Below, one piece after another: positions 29,279 through 39,104 of a stretch of DNA of 64,000 nt. The first letter of the stretch is position 1; every line of letters starts with the position of its first letter. The translations under genes were made by a program, and so were the position numbers. The DNA lies in the NCBI GenBank assembly GCA_937957915.1, contig CALGNZ010000019.1, positions 5,262 through 69,261 on the forward strand. Reading direction: 5' to 3'. Origin of the DNA: an uncultured Granulosicoccaceae bacterium (lineage in GTDB: Bacteria; Pseudomonadota; Gammaproteobacteria; Granulosicoccales; Granulosicoccaceae). Below the pieces are notes generated by a model, which saw nothing but the letters and a program-made list of their open reading frames with translations, ran no database searches and was not told the DNA's origin.

Positions 29279-30382
29279 ATGAACGTGTTGAAGATTGCAG
29301 CATTTTGCTGCACAGCTTTGTGCGCCTCGGCAACAATGGCCGAAGACTACGTCGCCATCAAGGTTGAAGCCGAAAATTACTTTTCAAAAGACGGGCGCTG
29401 GACTCTGACAAGCGCAACCGTTAATTCCGGCATAACGCCCGATCCGGACGGCTCGCACCACGGAAGTGCCAGTGGCCAGGCTTATCTTGAACTTCTGTCA
29501 GACACACGGGTAACGCACGGCGACCCGTTAATCAGCGGGGTTAATTTCTGGCCGCAGGGAGGCACTGGCCCCGCAATAGATTACATCGTCAATATTCCCG
29601 AAGCAGGTCGATATACCGTATGGGTTAAGGCCTATTCAACCGGTACCGAAGACAACGGCATACACGTCGGACTCAACTCATCTAACCCGGCCAGTGGTGA
29701 GCGCATCCAGTGGTGCAGTGGTAAAAATCAATGGACCTGGTCAAGTGCGCAACGAACCACCAGCAACCATTGCGGCACAACCCGAACAATCTACCTGGAC
29801 ATTGGAAGTGCTGGTGCCAATACCGTTCGATTCACCGCTCGCGAAGACGGATTCGAAATGGACCAGTTCATGTTAATCAAGGAAAACGTTAGTGGCCTGC
29901 TGTGCCAGCCAAACGGTAACGACTCGGTCAGCTGCAACCAAAATGCAACGCCCTCCCAGCCAATCACGCAGCCGGTAGCACAGCCAGAACCGCAACCGGA
30001 ACCACAACCGGAGCCACAGCCGGACACCACAGAAAACACAGGCTCAGATTCTGCTGCCAGGCCTCAGTGCACATCTGGCAGTTCTGATCCCGACGGCGAC
30101 GGATACGGTTGGGAGAATGACCAAACCTGCATTGTTAGTAACTCAACACCCGCGCCCTCTCCCGCGCCATCTGGGGCTGCGACAAACGGCACCCCGGCTT
30201 GCTCTTCAGCGTCAAGCGACTCTGATGGTGACGGCTATGGCTGGGAGAACGAGCAGACCTGTATTGTTGGCGCAAGTGGCGCAGCAAACGACAGTGGCAC
30301 CAATTACTGTGCAAGCGCTGATTCAGATAGCGACGGTGACGGTTGGGGCTGGGAAATGAGTCGATCCTGCGTGGTTCGCTAA
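29279..30382 (+). CDS. secreted protein: CBM6/35-like beta-sandwich domain, PEPQ linker, three Cys-bounded DGDG(Y/W)GWE mini-repeats
   Basis: Signal peptide MNVLKIAAFCCTALCASATMA. The N-terminal domain starts VEAENYF and ends DGFEMDQFMLI, a pattern seen in CBM6-like modules. The linker is QPEPQPEPQPEPQP. The repeats lie at 30068-30136, 30200-30268 and 30308-30376. Confidence 0.6.
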   Translation: MNVLKIAAFCCTALCASATMAEDYVAIKVEAENYFSKDGRWTLTSATVNSGITPDPDGSHHGSASGQAYLELLSDTRVTHGDPLISGVNFWPQGGTGPAIDYIVNIPEAGRYTVWVKAYSTGTEDNGIHVGLNSSNPASGERIQWCSGKNQWTWSSAQRTTSNHCGTTRTIYLDIGSAGANTVRFTAREDGFEMDQFMLIKENVSGLLCQPNGNDSVSCNQNATPSQPITQPVAQPEPQPEPQPEPQPDTTENTGSDSAARPQCTSGSSDPDGDGYGWENDQTCIVSNSTPAPSPAPSGAATNGTPACSSASSDSDGDGYGWENEQTCIVGASGAANDSGTNYCASADSDSDGDGWGWEMSRSCVVR

Positions 30383-30415
30383 CAACTCCCGGTAAGTAAG
30401 TCGATTTGCAAACAG

Positions 30416-30464
30416 AAAAGGAGCGCTAGGAGTCTGCGCGGCAGGCTCCTAGCTCCTTTTCTTC
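30416..30464 (+). terminator. Rho-independent terminator
   Basis: Long interrupted stem aaaggagc(gc)taggag ... ctcctagctccttt, followed by ttttcttc. Confidence 0.7.
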
Positions 30465-30576
30465 AGCTCGACTCGCACCAGTGCAGGTGGAGTCATTGAC
30501 TACCGCTCTCGAACAGTTGTTGCAACTCTGGTTATTGCGATAAATAATCTATCATCTGATCGGGGAGAAATAAGTC

Positions 30577-31338
30577 ATGCTCAGCGACGAAGAAGTGGCG
30601 CACTATCACGAAAACGGATACGTAACACCCGGCTTCAGACTGTCTGATGCGCAGGTCGACAGCATCAGGGAGCGGCACCGCAAGTTACTGCTCAAACATC
30701 CTGAATTTAATAACTACTGTCCATCGCTGCTGGCCTATGATCGCGACTTTCTCGACGTTGCTAAAAACAACGATATTCTGGATATGGTGGCGCAGCTCAT
30801 TGGCCCTGACATAGCACTTTGGAATTCCAGTTTTTTTGCCAAGCCAGCCAGTGGCGGACATGCCACACCATGGCATCAGGACGGAGAATACTGGCCTATC
30901 AGACCACTGGCCACCTGCACAGTATGGATCGCGCTTGACCCAGCCACACCAGAAAACGGTTGCCTTGAAGTAATTCCGGGTTCGCATAAACAACAGACTT
31001 TGCTGCAACACAATACCAACCAGAGTAAAGACATCACGCTCAACCAGGAACTCGATACCTCACAGTATAATTCGCAGGATGCACAGCCCATAGTGCTCGA
31101 CGTTGGCCAGGTGTCACTTCACGATGTCTATATCGTACATGGTTCTGCAGCCAACAATTCAGCACAATCAAGACGAGGCATGACACTTCGATTTATGCCT
31201 ACCACATCGATATACGATCGCGAGTTAGCAAGCTCCATGAGCCAGAACAAAGGCCTGATTGATCAGAGCGAGCGAACGCTATATCTCATGCGAGGCTCCG
31301 ATGCCAGCGGCAAAAACGATTTCAGCTTGCGACACTAG
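30577..31338 (+). CDS. phytanoyl-CoA dioxygenase (PhyH) family Fe(II)/2-oxoglutarate oxygenase
   Basis: PhyH-like N-terminus (YHENGYVTPG), HxD (PWHQDGEYWPI), distal His (VHGSAANNS) and Arg (RRGMTLRF). Confidence 0.8.
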   Translation: MLSDEEVAHYHENGYVTPGFRLSDAQVDSIRERHRKLLLKHPEFNNYCPSLLAYDRDFLDVAKNNDILDMVAQLIGPDIALWNSSFFAKPASGGHATPWHQDGEYWPIRPLATCTVWIALDPATPENGCLEVIPGSHKQQTLLQHNTNQSKDITLNQELDTSQYNSQDAQPIVLDVGQVSLHDVYIVHGSAANNSAQSRRGMTLRFMPTTSIYDRELASSMSQNKGLIDQSERTLYLMRGSDASGKNDFSLRH

Positions 31339-31494
31339 GAGATCACGCCGCGGCAAGCGGTGCGCTGTCGCGCAGCTGATTACTCTATTGGGTTTCTCAC
31401 GTAGGACATCCCCTGCGGGGGGCCATCATTTTTAGAAAGACTAAAAGCGAAGCAAATAAGGACTGTGCAATTTCGATATTAGATCCGAAGACGT

Positions 31495-31529
31495 AGGTGC
31501 CTGGTGAGCGACGTGAACCGCACTAATCC
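31495..31529 (+). repeat. interspersed intergenic element, copy A (core)
   Basis: AGGTGCCTGGTGAGCGACGTGAACCGCACTAATCCCAAGGGTTCC. The core is enclosed by the stem atccgaag/cttcggat. Weaker similarity to copy B extends over 31476-31647. Confidence 0.7.
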
Positions 31530-31786
31530 CAAGGGTTCCTTCGGATTTTATGAGAGTAATCGAGTAGCAGACCCGCTGATACGCTGGTACCCCCTGAAAA
31601 CAGGCGAAAAGCGCCTTGCCGATGCGTTTTATCGATCGTAACCGGGGCAATTGAGTTGCTATACGCCGCTAAGGATTGCCCTTAATTCATATGAGCACGG
31701 CCTTCGATATTATACGTTCTTGCTACGCTGTTTCGCGATATGATAGTGCCGCCCAATAATCGAATAAGGCCAATGCCACAACGACT

Positions 31787-32671
31787 ATGCAGCAAGTAGA
31801 AGAAATACAGCGCAACCTTGCTGCCGCCGGCTATATTGCGGATACTGACCTGGCAAGCATTATTCATCTGACGCAGGTTCTAAAGCGCCCGTTGCTTCTG
31901 GAAGGTGACGCCGGCGTAGGTAAAACTGCAGTTGCAGTTGCCCTGTCGCAAATGATGCAACAGGAACTGATACGCCTGCAGTGCTACGAAGGCCTTGATG
32001 CCAGCACTGCCCTTTACGAGTGGAACTATCAACGGCAGTTGATGGCGGTCAGGCTACGAGAAACTGAAAACACTGACGCCGACGCTATCGAAGCAGAGCT
32101 GTTTAGTAAGGAGTATCTTCTACCGCGCCCATTGTTGCAGGCGATAACAACACCCAAACCCTGCGTGTTGCTAATTGATGAGATAGATCGAGCTGATGAT
32201 GAGTTTGAAGCCTTTTTGCTGGAAGTGTTATCGGACTTTCAAATAACGATTCCGGAACTCGGCACTATCAAGGCTCAACACCGTCCAACCGTGCTGCTTA
32301 CCTCCAACGCGACGAGAGATTTAAGCGATGCATTACGCAGACGCTGCCTGTTTCACTTTGTCGATTACCCGGACGCCGAAAAAGAGCTCAATATACTATC
32401 TACACAGTTGCCAGATCTGGATCTGCATCTCGCACGCGCCATCACACGCTTTGTCCAAAAACTCCGTCAGGAAAGCCTGAAGAAAACACCCGGGGTAGCA
32501 GAGACTCTGGATTGGGCTGCTGCATTGATGCATTTGCAAACCGGTGAACTCGAGCAGTCTATGCCACAGATAGAGGCTACATTAGGTTGTCTGCTAAAAA
32601 CACAGCCCGACCGTGAGCTGGCTACTCCAGTCTGGCTGAAACAACTGCTCAATCCGACCAGTGACAGTTGA
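31787..32671 (+). CDS. MoxR-family AAA+ ATPase (CoxD-like)
   Basis: Walker A LEGDAGVGKT, Walker B VLLIDEIDRADDE, and the length and architecture of MoxR/CoxD proteins. Confidence 0.85.
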   Translation: MQQVEEIQRNLAAAGYIADTDLASIIHLTQVLKRPLLLEGDAGVGKTAVAVALSQMMQQELIRLQCYEGLDASTALYEWNYQRQLMAVRLRETENTDADAIEAELFSKEYLLPRPLLQAITTPKPCVLLIDEIDRADDEFEAFLLEVLSDFQITIPELGTIKAQHRPTVLLTSNATRDLSDALRRRCLFHFVDYPDAEKELNILSTQLPDLDLHLARAITRFVQKLRQESLKKTPGVAETLDWAAALMHLQTGELEQSMPQIEATLGCLLKTQPDRELATPVWLKQLLNPTSDS

Positions 32672-33860
32672 TCAACAAAACCTGTTGCAACGACGATCAG
32701 AGCCTGATCCGGTAGCTGTAGTCCGGCACAGGCTGGACAGTTTTATCCATACCCTGAGAACGGCGGGCTACGAAACCACTCCCGCCAATGTGCAAATGGC
32801 CCACCAACTCTGCTGCACACCAATGGTAGAGTCTGCTCAATCATTACGCACAGCACTGCGAGCTTTGTTCAGCCAAAACAAAGATCAATGGCTTGGTTTT
32901 AACCCTCTTTTTGATCTCTACTGGTTTGACCCTGAACGCGAAGAAGTAACTGCCGACGCAAGCCTGCTGATATCGCGTAGCGCTGGCGCAAGCGCCGGGA
33001 TCGCTTTTTTCTCGGAATCGCAAAGCCAGGACGCCGCATCATCTGAAGCTTCAGAGTCTGGCACCGAGCAAATCGCCGGCGGTGCGGGTGAGGCCCGTAT
33101 GCTGTCCAAGCGTGATTTTAGATTTGTTTTCAACCCAAATGACATGCGTAACATCGAGCACCTCGTTGATGAGCTGGCGCGAAAAGTCAAAAAACAAATT
33201 CGCAGTCGCAACCGGCTATCAGCACACAAGGGCAAAATAGACGCGGCAAAAGTAGCGCGTAAAAATCTGGGTTATGGTGGCTGGCCGTTCAAACTTCAGT
33301 TTCGGCGTAAAACAAAATCCCCCGCCAGGTTTGTGCTGCTCATGGATGTCAGTCAATCAATGGAAATTTACAGCACTTTGTTTTTGCGTTTTGCGCGCGG
33401 CATATTGCAGGCATTCGCCGATACCGACGCATTTGCCTTTCACACGGATTTGATCCCGATCGGCAATGAATTAAAGGAAAAAAACTCACGCAGGCTGGAA
33501 ACAAAGCTCAAAGAGCTTTCCAGTGGCTGGTTAGGGGGAACACGCATTGCCCATTCTATACAGAGCTTTAACCACGACTATGCGGCAAACGTTGTCAATC
33601 GTCAGACAATAGTATTCATATTCAGTGATGGCTACGACAGTTGCGAGCCAGAGGAACTGGTGGCCGAAGTTCGAGATATAAAGCAGCGCTGCAAAAAACT
33701 TGTATGGATAAACCCGTTACTCGGACGACAAACCAATGATGACGTGTCCTACCCTATCGAAAGGTGTATGAATGCGGTAATACCGGAGGTCGATCTCTAC
33801 ACATCAGCGCACAATCTGGACAGCCTAAAGTTGCTGACTCCTGCATTCTCTTTAAGATGA
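32661..33860 (+). CDS. VWA domain-containing CoxE-like protein
   Basis: MIDAS motif LLMDVSQSM in the C-terminal VWA domain. The GTG start overlaps the MoxR gene stop. Confidence 0.78.
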   Translation: MTVDQQNLLQRRSEPDPVAVVRHRLDSFIHTLRTAGYETTPANVQMAHQLCCTPMVESAQSLRTALRALFSQNKDQWLGFNPLFDLYWFDPEREEVTADASLLISRSAGASAGIAFFSESQSQDAASSEASESGTEQIAGGAGEARMLSKRDFRFVFNPNDMRNIEHLVDELARKVKKQIRSRNRLSAHKGKIDAAKVARKNLGYGGWPFKLQFRRKTKSPARFVLLMDVSQSMEIYSTLFLRFARGILQAFADTDAFAFHTDLIPIGNELKEKNSRRLETKLKELSSGWLGGTRIAHSIQSFNHDYAANVVNRQTIVFIFSDGYDSCEPEELVAEVRDIKQRCKKLVWINPLLGRQTNDDVSYPIERCMNAVIPEVDLYTSAHNLDSLKLLTPAFSLR

Positions 33861-33911
33861 GGGTGCTTGGCGGCTGACGACCGTCAGCAGTCGCAGGCAA
33901 CAGGCGCGGGC

Positions 33912-33937
33912 ACAAAAAAGCCCGCTATTGCGGGCTT
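33912..33937 (-). terminator. Rho-independent terminator downstream of rpsI (potentially bidirectional)
   Basis: aagcccgc-tatt-gcgggctt hairpin. It is followed by a T-run on the minus strand (the A-run at 33914-33919 on plus). Confidence 0.75.
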
Positions 33938-34046
33938 CAGAGAATTTTCCTGGCTTTCACAATAGCGATTCATGTGCCCATTACGAATGAGCATCGCATG
34001 TTTGCGTCGAGTCTGTAAACCCGAACCAAAAGCCTCGAATATATAA

Positions 34047-34436
34047 CTAGCGCTTCGAGTACTGAGTAGCGCGTCTTGCTTTGCGCAGACCAACTTTCTT
34101 ACGCTCAACCTTTCGAGCGTCTCGAGTCAGGAAGCCAGCTTTACGGAGATCAGATCGCATCTCTTCGTCGTACTTCAATAGCGCTCTGGCGATACCGTGT
34201 CGAATCGCTCCAGCCTGTCCGGTGTTTCCACCTCCGGCTACGGTAATTTTGAAGTCAAACTTTCCAGTCATTTCGAGGCTTTCGAGCGGCTGGCGAACAA
34301 CCATTCGAGCAGTCTCTCTGCCGAAATACTCATCGAGCGGACGATTGTTGACCACTATGTCGCCTTTGCCCGCGCTCATGAAAACTCGTGCGCTGGACGT
34401 TTTGCGTCGACCTGTACCGTAATACTGTTCAGCCAT
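34047..34436 (-). CDS. rpsI: 30S ribosomal protein S9
   Basis: [19 protein letters not shown] ... ends [12 protein letters not shown]. Confidence 0.96.
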   Translation of the reverse strand: MAEQYYGTGRRKTSSARVFMSAGKGDIVVNNRPLDEYFGRETARMVVRQPLESLEMTGKFDFKITVAGGGNTGQAGAIRHGIARALLKYDEEMRSDLRKAGFLTRDARKVERKKVGLRKARRATQYSKR

Positions 34437-34439
34437 GAC

Positions 34440-34871
34440 TTATCTCAGTTCCAGTGTTTCAGGAGATTGCGCTGCGTGTTGGTGGTCTTTACCAGCATAC
34501 ACTTTCAGCTTGCGGAACATAGCGCGGCCAAGTGCATTCTTGGGCAGCATGCCTTTAATGGCCAGCTGAACTGCACGCCCGGGTGCTTTTTCCTGCATTT
34601 TCTCGAAGCTTATGGATTTAAGGTTGCCAATGTACCCAGTATGGTGGTGATACATTTTGTCTGTCGCTTTCTTACCAGTAACAGCAACCTTGTCCGCATT
34701 GACCACGACTATATAGTCGCCCGTGTCTACGTGCGGCGTGTATTCAGGCTTGTGCTTGCCACGCAATACATGCGCACAGGTACTCGCCAGTCTTCCTAAC
34801 GTTTTGCCTTCTGCATCAATGACATACCATTGACGCTTTACCTCGGCCGGCTTGGCACTAAAGGTTTTCAT
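34440..34871 (-). CDS. rplM: 50S ribosomal protein L13
   Basis: [30 protein letters not shown]. The ATG at 34871 follows GGAG. Confidence 0.96.
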   Translation of the reverse strand: MKTFSAKPAEVKRQWYVIDAEGKTLGRLASTCAHVLRGKHKPEYTPHVDTGDYIVVVNADKVAVTGKKATDKMYHHHTGYIGNLKSISFEKMQEKAPGRAVQLAIKGMLPKNALGRAMFRKLKVYAGKDHQHAAQSPETLELR

Positions 34872-35104
34872 TGAAACTCCGAGAATCGAGGAGAGCAATT
34901 ATGCCCAGAAAAGCCCTCCATTATAGTAGATGCTTCTTACACTAACAAGCTCCGCGCCTACACGCAGCACCTTCAGACATTTAAACAGCGCATTCGCGTA
35001 TGGGCGCGACGCATTTGCTCTCAAATTTTCCGCTGAAACCATTGTTTCGGCGAGAATTATTCTATTTGTGAGAGCTGTTTAGACGTAAGGCAGGAATTTA
35101 AAGC

Positions 35105-35127
35105 GACGCGGCCTGAGAGGCCGCGTC
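35105..35127. terminator. GC-rich perfect hairpin (gacgcggcc-tgaga-ggccgcgtc)
   Basis: Read directly. It lies downstream of osmC on the minus strand and upstream of rplM. There is no strong U-run. Confidence 0.45.
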
Positions 35128-35230
35128 TAACCATCTTTGGAGGATGGAGGAGGAAATCTTTCCGCAAGGCTACCGGATTCCGGACAAAAGATCAATACCT
35201 GTTGAAGACTTTGTCAACCAACGCGCATTC

Positions 35231-35262
35231 AAGCAGAAAATCGTGCAAGCAGGAAATCGTGC
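35231..35262. repeat. tandem duplication 2 x 16 nt (aagcagraaatcgtgc)
   Basis: Read directly, with one mismatch. Confidence 0.85.
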
Positions 35263-35347
35263 TGCCCGGTTCAGGGCCTATTGTACTGCTCGCTCATGCT
35301 GCCGCCCGGCATCGCAACGGTTGGTGGCGCCGCCTACGGAACGTAAT

Positions 35348-35773
35348 CTAACTGTCGGCGATGTCGACGATTTCAGTCTCGAAGCTGATATCGACACTCC
35401 CTTCCAGCATTTTGGTGACGGAACAATACTTTTCAACTGACAGAGCGACCACGCGCTCTACCTGTTTGGTCGAGAGGTTCCGGCCCTCGATAACAAACTT
35501 CAGCGCCACCCTGGTGAACACAGCCGGAACCGCATCAGCACGATCGGCCTCCACCAGCACCTGGCAGTCTGTAACATCCTGACGCGCTTTTTTTAACATC
35601 AGGATAACATCGATAGACGAACACCCGCCAAGCCCAAGCAGCACCATTTCCATGGGACGCACGCCCAGGTCCCGGCCGCCATGCTCGACCGACCCATCCA
35701 TCACAACACTGTGGCCACTGCCAGACTCGCCGACGAAGCTCAGGTTATCGAGCCATTTCACTCTTGACTGCAT
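35348..35773 (-). CDS. OsmC family peroxiredoxin-like protein
   Basis: OsmC-like pattern (GGRDLGVRPMEMVLLGLGGCSSIDV ... SVEKYCSVTKML). The ATG at 35773 gives about 141 aa. It is adjacent to vfr/crp, as in Pseudomonas. Confidence 0.8.
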   Translation of the reverse strand: MQSRVKWLDNLSFVGESGSGHSVVMDGSVEHGGRDLGVRPMEMVLLGLGGCSSIDVILMLKKARQDVTDCQVLVEADRADAVPAVFTRVALKFVIEGRNLSTKQVERVVALSVEKYCSVTKMLEGSVDISFETEIVDIADS

Positions 35774-36130
35774 GCGGTGTATCTCGTTTGGATGACAGAT
35801 AGCGTAACGCGGACAGGCAATACACGCCAGCGGAGACCAATTCGTCAGCAGACCATCACTGCTTTCACATATGACGGCAGGAAATTCGCGTCGTTCTTCC
35901 GTACTCGCCGAAGTCGTCAAATAATTTTGTACTGCTAAAAGTGCGGACGAAGTCACATTCACATCGAATTTTAACCACTGCGGCCAGTTATTCCCTTTCT
36001 TGAGAGCATTCCTGACAGTTCAAGTTCACACTTCTTAACATGCAATCAGAACCCAAGTCGCAGTGTGAACAGTTTTTGCTCTATCTCCGTTATCTCGAAG
36101 CCGACAGTGAACAGCCCGGAGAACGGACAC

Positions 36131-36769
36131 ATGCTTCCACCTCGTAACACACCGCCTAAAGCCGAATGGTTAGAAACGCTTTTACGCCATAGTCATCGCA
36201 GACAATACCCTGCAAAAACCACCATCATCCACCATGGTGATAAGCCAGATACGCTCTACTACATGGTTGACGGCTCTGTGAGCGTCGTCATCGAAGATGA
36301 TGAAGGACGAGAAATTGTTCTGGCCTATCTGAACAACGGAGATTTCTTCGGTGAAATGGGTTTGTTCGAAGAGGAAAGCGAGCGCAGTGCATGGGTAGTC
36401 GCGCGCAACAAATGTGAAGTCGCTGAAATTAATTACGAACAATTCCGCAGACTGGCTGACCAGTCTCCTGAAATCCTGTTCGCACTTTCCACACAACTCG
36501 CCTCACGCTTGCGTAAGACGAGCACCAAGGTTCGTGATCTGGCGTTTCTTGATGTCACCGGCCGGGTTGCCTCTACGTTACTTGATCTTGCGAAACAGCC
36601 AGACTCAATTACTCACCCCGATGGCATGCAGATTCGCATCACTCGCCAGGAGATAGCCAGAATAGTTGGTTGTTCACGAGAAATGGTTGGCCGGGTTCTG
36701 AAAGATCTGGAGGATCGAGGTTTGATCCACGCCCGTGGTAAAACAATGGTTATCTACGGCACTCGCTAG
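36131..36769 (+). CDS. crp: cAMP-receptor protein family global regulator (Crp/Vfr)
   Basis: cNMP-binding domain ([33 protein letters not shown]) and C-terminal HTH ([25 protein letters not shown]). The ATG follows GGAGAA. Confidence 0.9.
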   Translation: MLPPRNTPPKAEWLETLLRHSHRRQYPAKTTIIHHGDKPDTLYYMVDGSVSVVIEDDEGREIVLAYLNNGDFFGEMGLFEEESERSAWVVARNKCEVAEINYEQFRRLADQSPEILFALSTQLASRLRKTSTKVRDLAFLDVTGRVASTLLDLAKQPDSITHPDGMQIRITRQEIARIVGCSREMVGRVLKDLEDRGLIHARGKTMVIYGTR

Positions 36770-36849
36770 AAGTTATAGATTCTGCGGCACAGGAAACTCT
36801 GTCAGCTGTAATAACTGAAAGAGCCTTTGCCTGACTGCTCTGACACTTT

Positions 36850-36871
36850 GGCCCGCCAACACTGGCGGGCC
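36850..36871. terminator. perfect hairpin ggcccgcc-aacact-ggcgggcc between convergent crp and trpC
   Basis: Read directly. There is no clear U-run on either strand. Confidence 0.45.
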
Positions 36872-36993
36872 AGAATGTGAAACAACCGTATTACCACTGG
36901 CCTCACCCATCTGGCCTCACCGTGCTCAATCCCTGATCGCGAGTCCTCATTGACATCTGTGCCTGGCTTTTCAGCCCCATACCTGCCCTGTAG

Positions 36994-37021
36994 CTCTAGA
37001 TCTTAAACTCTAGATCTTAAA
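36994..37021. repeat. perfect tandem duplication 2 x 14 nt (ctctagatcttaaa) spanning the trpC stop codon
   Basis: Read directly. The promoter-proximal copy encodes the last codons (F K I stop) of trpC. Confidence 0.9.
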
Positions 37022-37813
37022 CAATGCATCGAGCGTCTGACCTGGTGACTCTGTGCGCATAAAAGCCTCTCCGACCAGGAAAGCATTAACCTGATTGTTG
37101 CGCATGAGCTGCACATCAGCCCTGGACAGAATACCGCTTTCTGTGACGACCAAAACGCCGTCCGGAATTTGCGCTAGCAAGTTGAGGGTAGTTTGCAAGG
37201 TTACATCGAAGGTACGCAGATCACGATTGTTTATGCCGATCATCTCCGGGGCCAGTTGTAGCGCTCTCTCCAGTTCGTCCTGATCATGGACTTCAATTAA
37301 CACGTCCATATCCAGGTGGCGGGCAAGACCATAGAGCTCTGCGAGCATTGCGTCGCCAAGGGCCGCAACAATAAGCAGTACGCAGTCAGCACCCATCGCT
37401 CGCGCCTCGTAAACCTGATACTGGTCAATGATGAAATCCTTTCGGATCACTGGCAGATTGCACGCTGCTCTGGCATCTATCAGATACTGCTCAGACCCTT
37501 GAAAGAAGTCTTTATCAGTCAAAACCGATAGACATGCTGCCCCGCCGTCAGCGTAACTACGTGCAATTTCTACCGGATCAAAGTTCTCGCGTATAACGCC
37601 TTTACTGGGAGAGGCTTTTTTTATTTCAGCTATAACCGCAGACTCGCCTTGAGAGACACGAGTATTTAACGCCGACAGAAACCCGCGTGGCAATGACGCC
37701 TGAGTAGCTCTTTGCGACAACGCCGATAAGCTTTCAACTGCAACGGCTGCAGATATTTCTTCTACTTTGCGTTTGAGAATTTTTCTCAGCACATCTGGAG
37801 TATTTACAGTCAT
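37010..37813 (-). CDS. trpC: indole-3-glycerol phosphate synthase
   Basis: [20 protein letters not shown] and IGINNRDL motifs, in the trpGDC order. Confidence 0.94.
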   Translation of the reverse strand: MTVNTPDVLRKILKRKVEEISAAVAVESLSALSQRATQASLPRGFLSALNTRVSQGESAVIAEIKKASPSKGVIRENFDPVEIARSYADGGAACLSVLTDKDFFQGSEQYLIDARAACNLPVIRKDFIIDQYQVYEARAMGADCVLLIVAALGDAMLAELYGLARHLDMDVLIEVHDQDELERALQLAPEMIGINNRDLRTFDVTLQTTLNLLAQIPDGVLVVTESGILSRADVQLMRNNQVNAFLVGEAFMRTESPGQTLDALFKI

Positions 37814-37818
37814 AACAA

Positions 37819-38868
37819 TCAGTCCGCCCCTGCAGTATCTGCACAGGCATTACTACAGTCGATTAAGTCCTGTAATTTATTTGCAGCACTGCCATCAGCT
37901 ATCAGGCTACCGGCCATCTCAACCCCCTGCTGGTGGTCCTTTGCAAGCCCGCCTACATAAATAGCCGCGCCAGCGTTTAACGCAACAATGTCTCTTGCCG
38001 GTCCGGGTTCATTTGCCAAAACCCGCTTCACCATTGCAAGGCTCTCAGCCGCACTTGAAACCTTAAGCGCTTTCAGATCTGCTATTTCGAGCTTAAAGTC
38101 TGCCGGCTTGACCGTATAACACGTGATGTTTCCATCTTTCAGTTCAGCCACACTGGTTGCAGAGCCGATGCTGATCTCATCCATACCATCCTCTGCATGC
38201 ACAACCATCGCCCCTTCGCTGCCAAGCTTCTGCAGCACCTTCGCCATAGGCTTGACCAAATGCTCACTATAGACGCCAAGCACCTGCCTTGGTGCAGACG
38301 CCGGATTGGTTAGTGGTCCAAGTACATTAAATATGGTGCGCATGCCCAACTCCTTACGCGGACCAATTGCATAGCGCATGGCACCGTGATGTTTGGGCGC
38401 GAACATAAAACCAACCCCGACAGTATCAACACACCGGGCCACCTGACTGGCTTCGAGGTTTATATTAACACCAGCTACTTCAAGCAAATCTGCGGCACCT
38501 GAACTACTCGATACTGCGCGGTTACCGTGTTTGGCGATCTTGATACCTGCCGCCGCGGCTACAAAAGCACTGGTCGTCGAGATATTAAACGTGCTGTGGC
38601 TGTCGCCACCGGTACCAACTATGTCGAGTAAATTAGTTGTATTGCAACTAACACCACTCGCAAGTTCTCTCATAACCTGTGCAGCTGCTGCAATTTCATC
38701 GACTGTCTCTCCTTTGCAGCGCAATGCGACCAGCAAACCGCCTATCTGTGCGTCACCGCAGGCTCCGGACATAATTTGACGCATTGCGCCGACCATCTCA
38801 TCAGCATCCAGATTTTCACCCTCGACTACTCTGGCGATGGTTGCGCGTATGTCTGTAACAGTGTTCAT
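37819..38868 (-). CDS. trpD: anthranilate phosphoribosyltransferase
   Basis: [31 protein letters not shown] and GPLTNP motifs. Confidence 0.94.
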   Translation of the reverse strand: MNTVTDIRATIARVVEGENLDADEMVGAMRQIMSGACGDAQIGGLLVALRCKGETVDEIAAAAQVMRELASGVSCNTTNLLDIVGTGGDSHSTFNISTTSAFVAAAAGIKIAKHGNRAVSSSSGAADLLEVAGVNINLEASQVARCVDTVGVGFMFAPKHHGAMRYAIGPRKELGMRTIFNVLGPLTNPASAPRQVLGVYSEHLVKPMAKVLQKLGSEGAMVVHAEDGMDEISIGSATSVAELKDGNITCYTVKPADFKLEIADLKALKVSSAAESLAMVKRVLANEPGPARDIVALNAGAAIYVGGLAKDHQQGVEMAGSLIADGSAANKLQDLIDCSNACADTAGAD

Positions 38869-39104
38869 TTGCTAGCCTGCATTATTCATTAGCCAATTTT
38901 TAAAAGCGCGGACATCTGCATTCCATAACACGAGCCAGATCAACCGGCAGATAGTGCTCCGTTCCCGGTCATGCACTACTTCCAACAGATGTGATGCAAG
39001 GCGCTACCGGATCTGATACAGATATGACTTTTGTGTAGTTTCAAAACCGGGTACCACAGCCACACACCGCTGACAGAAAAAAATATTCAACCTGATCGCA
39101 AGCC

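Noticed and set aside
28937-29367. Two small plus-strand ORFs (68 and 75 aa) in the hemF-CBM protein spacer
   Set aside because: They have no RBS and basic, low-complexity translations, and the second overlaps the signal-peptide start of the real gene. The region is treated as non-coding promoter/leader.
35144-35440. 98-aa plus-strand ORF upstream of rplM
   Set aside because: It overlaps the 3' end of the OsmC-family gene on the opposite strand and spans a tandem repeat and a terminator-like hairpin. It has no recognisable motif.
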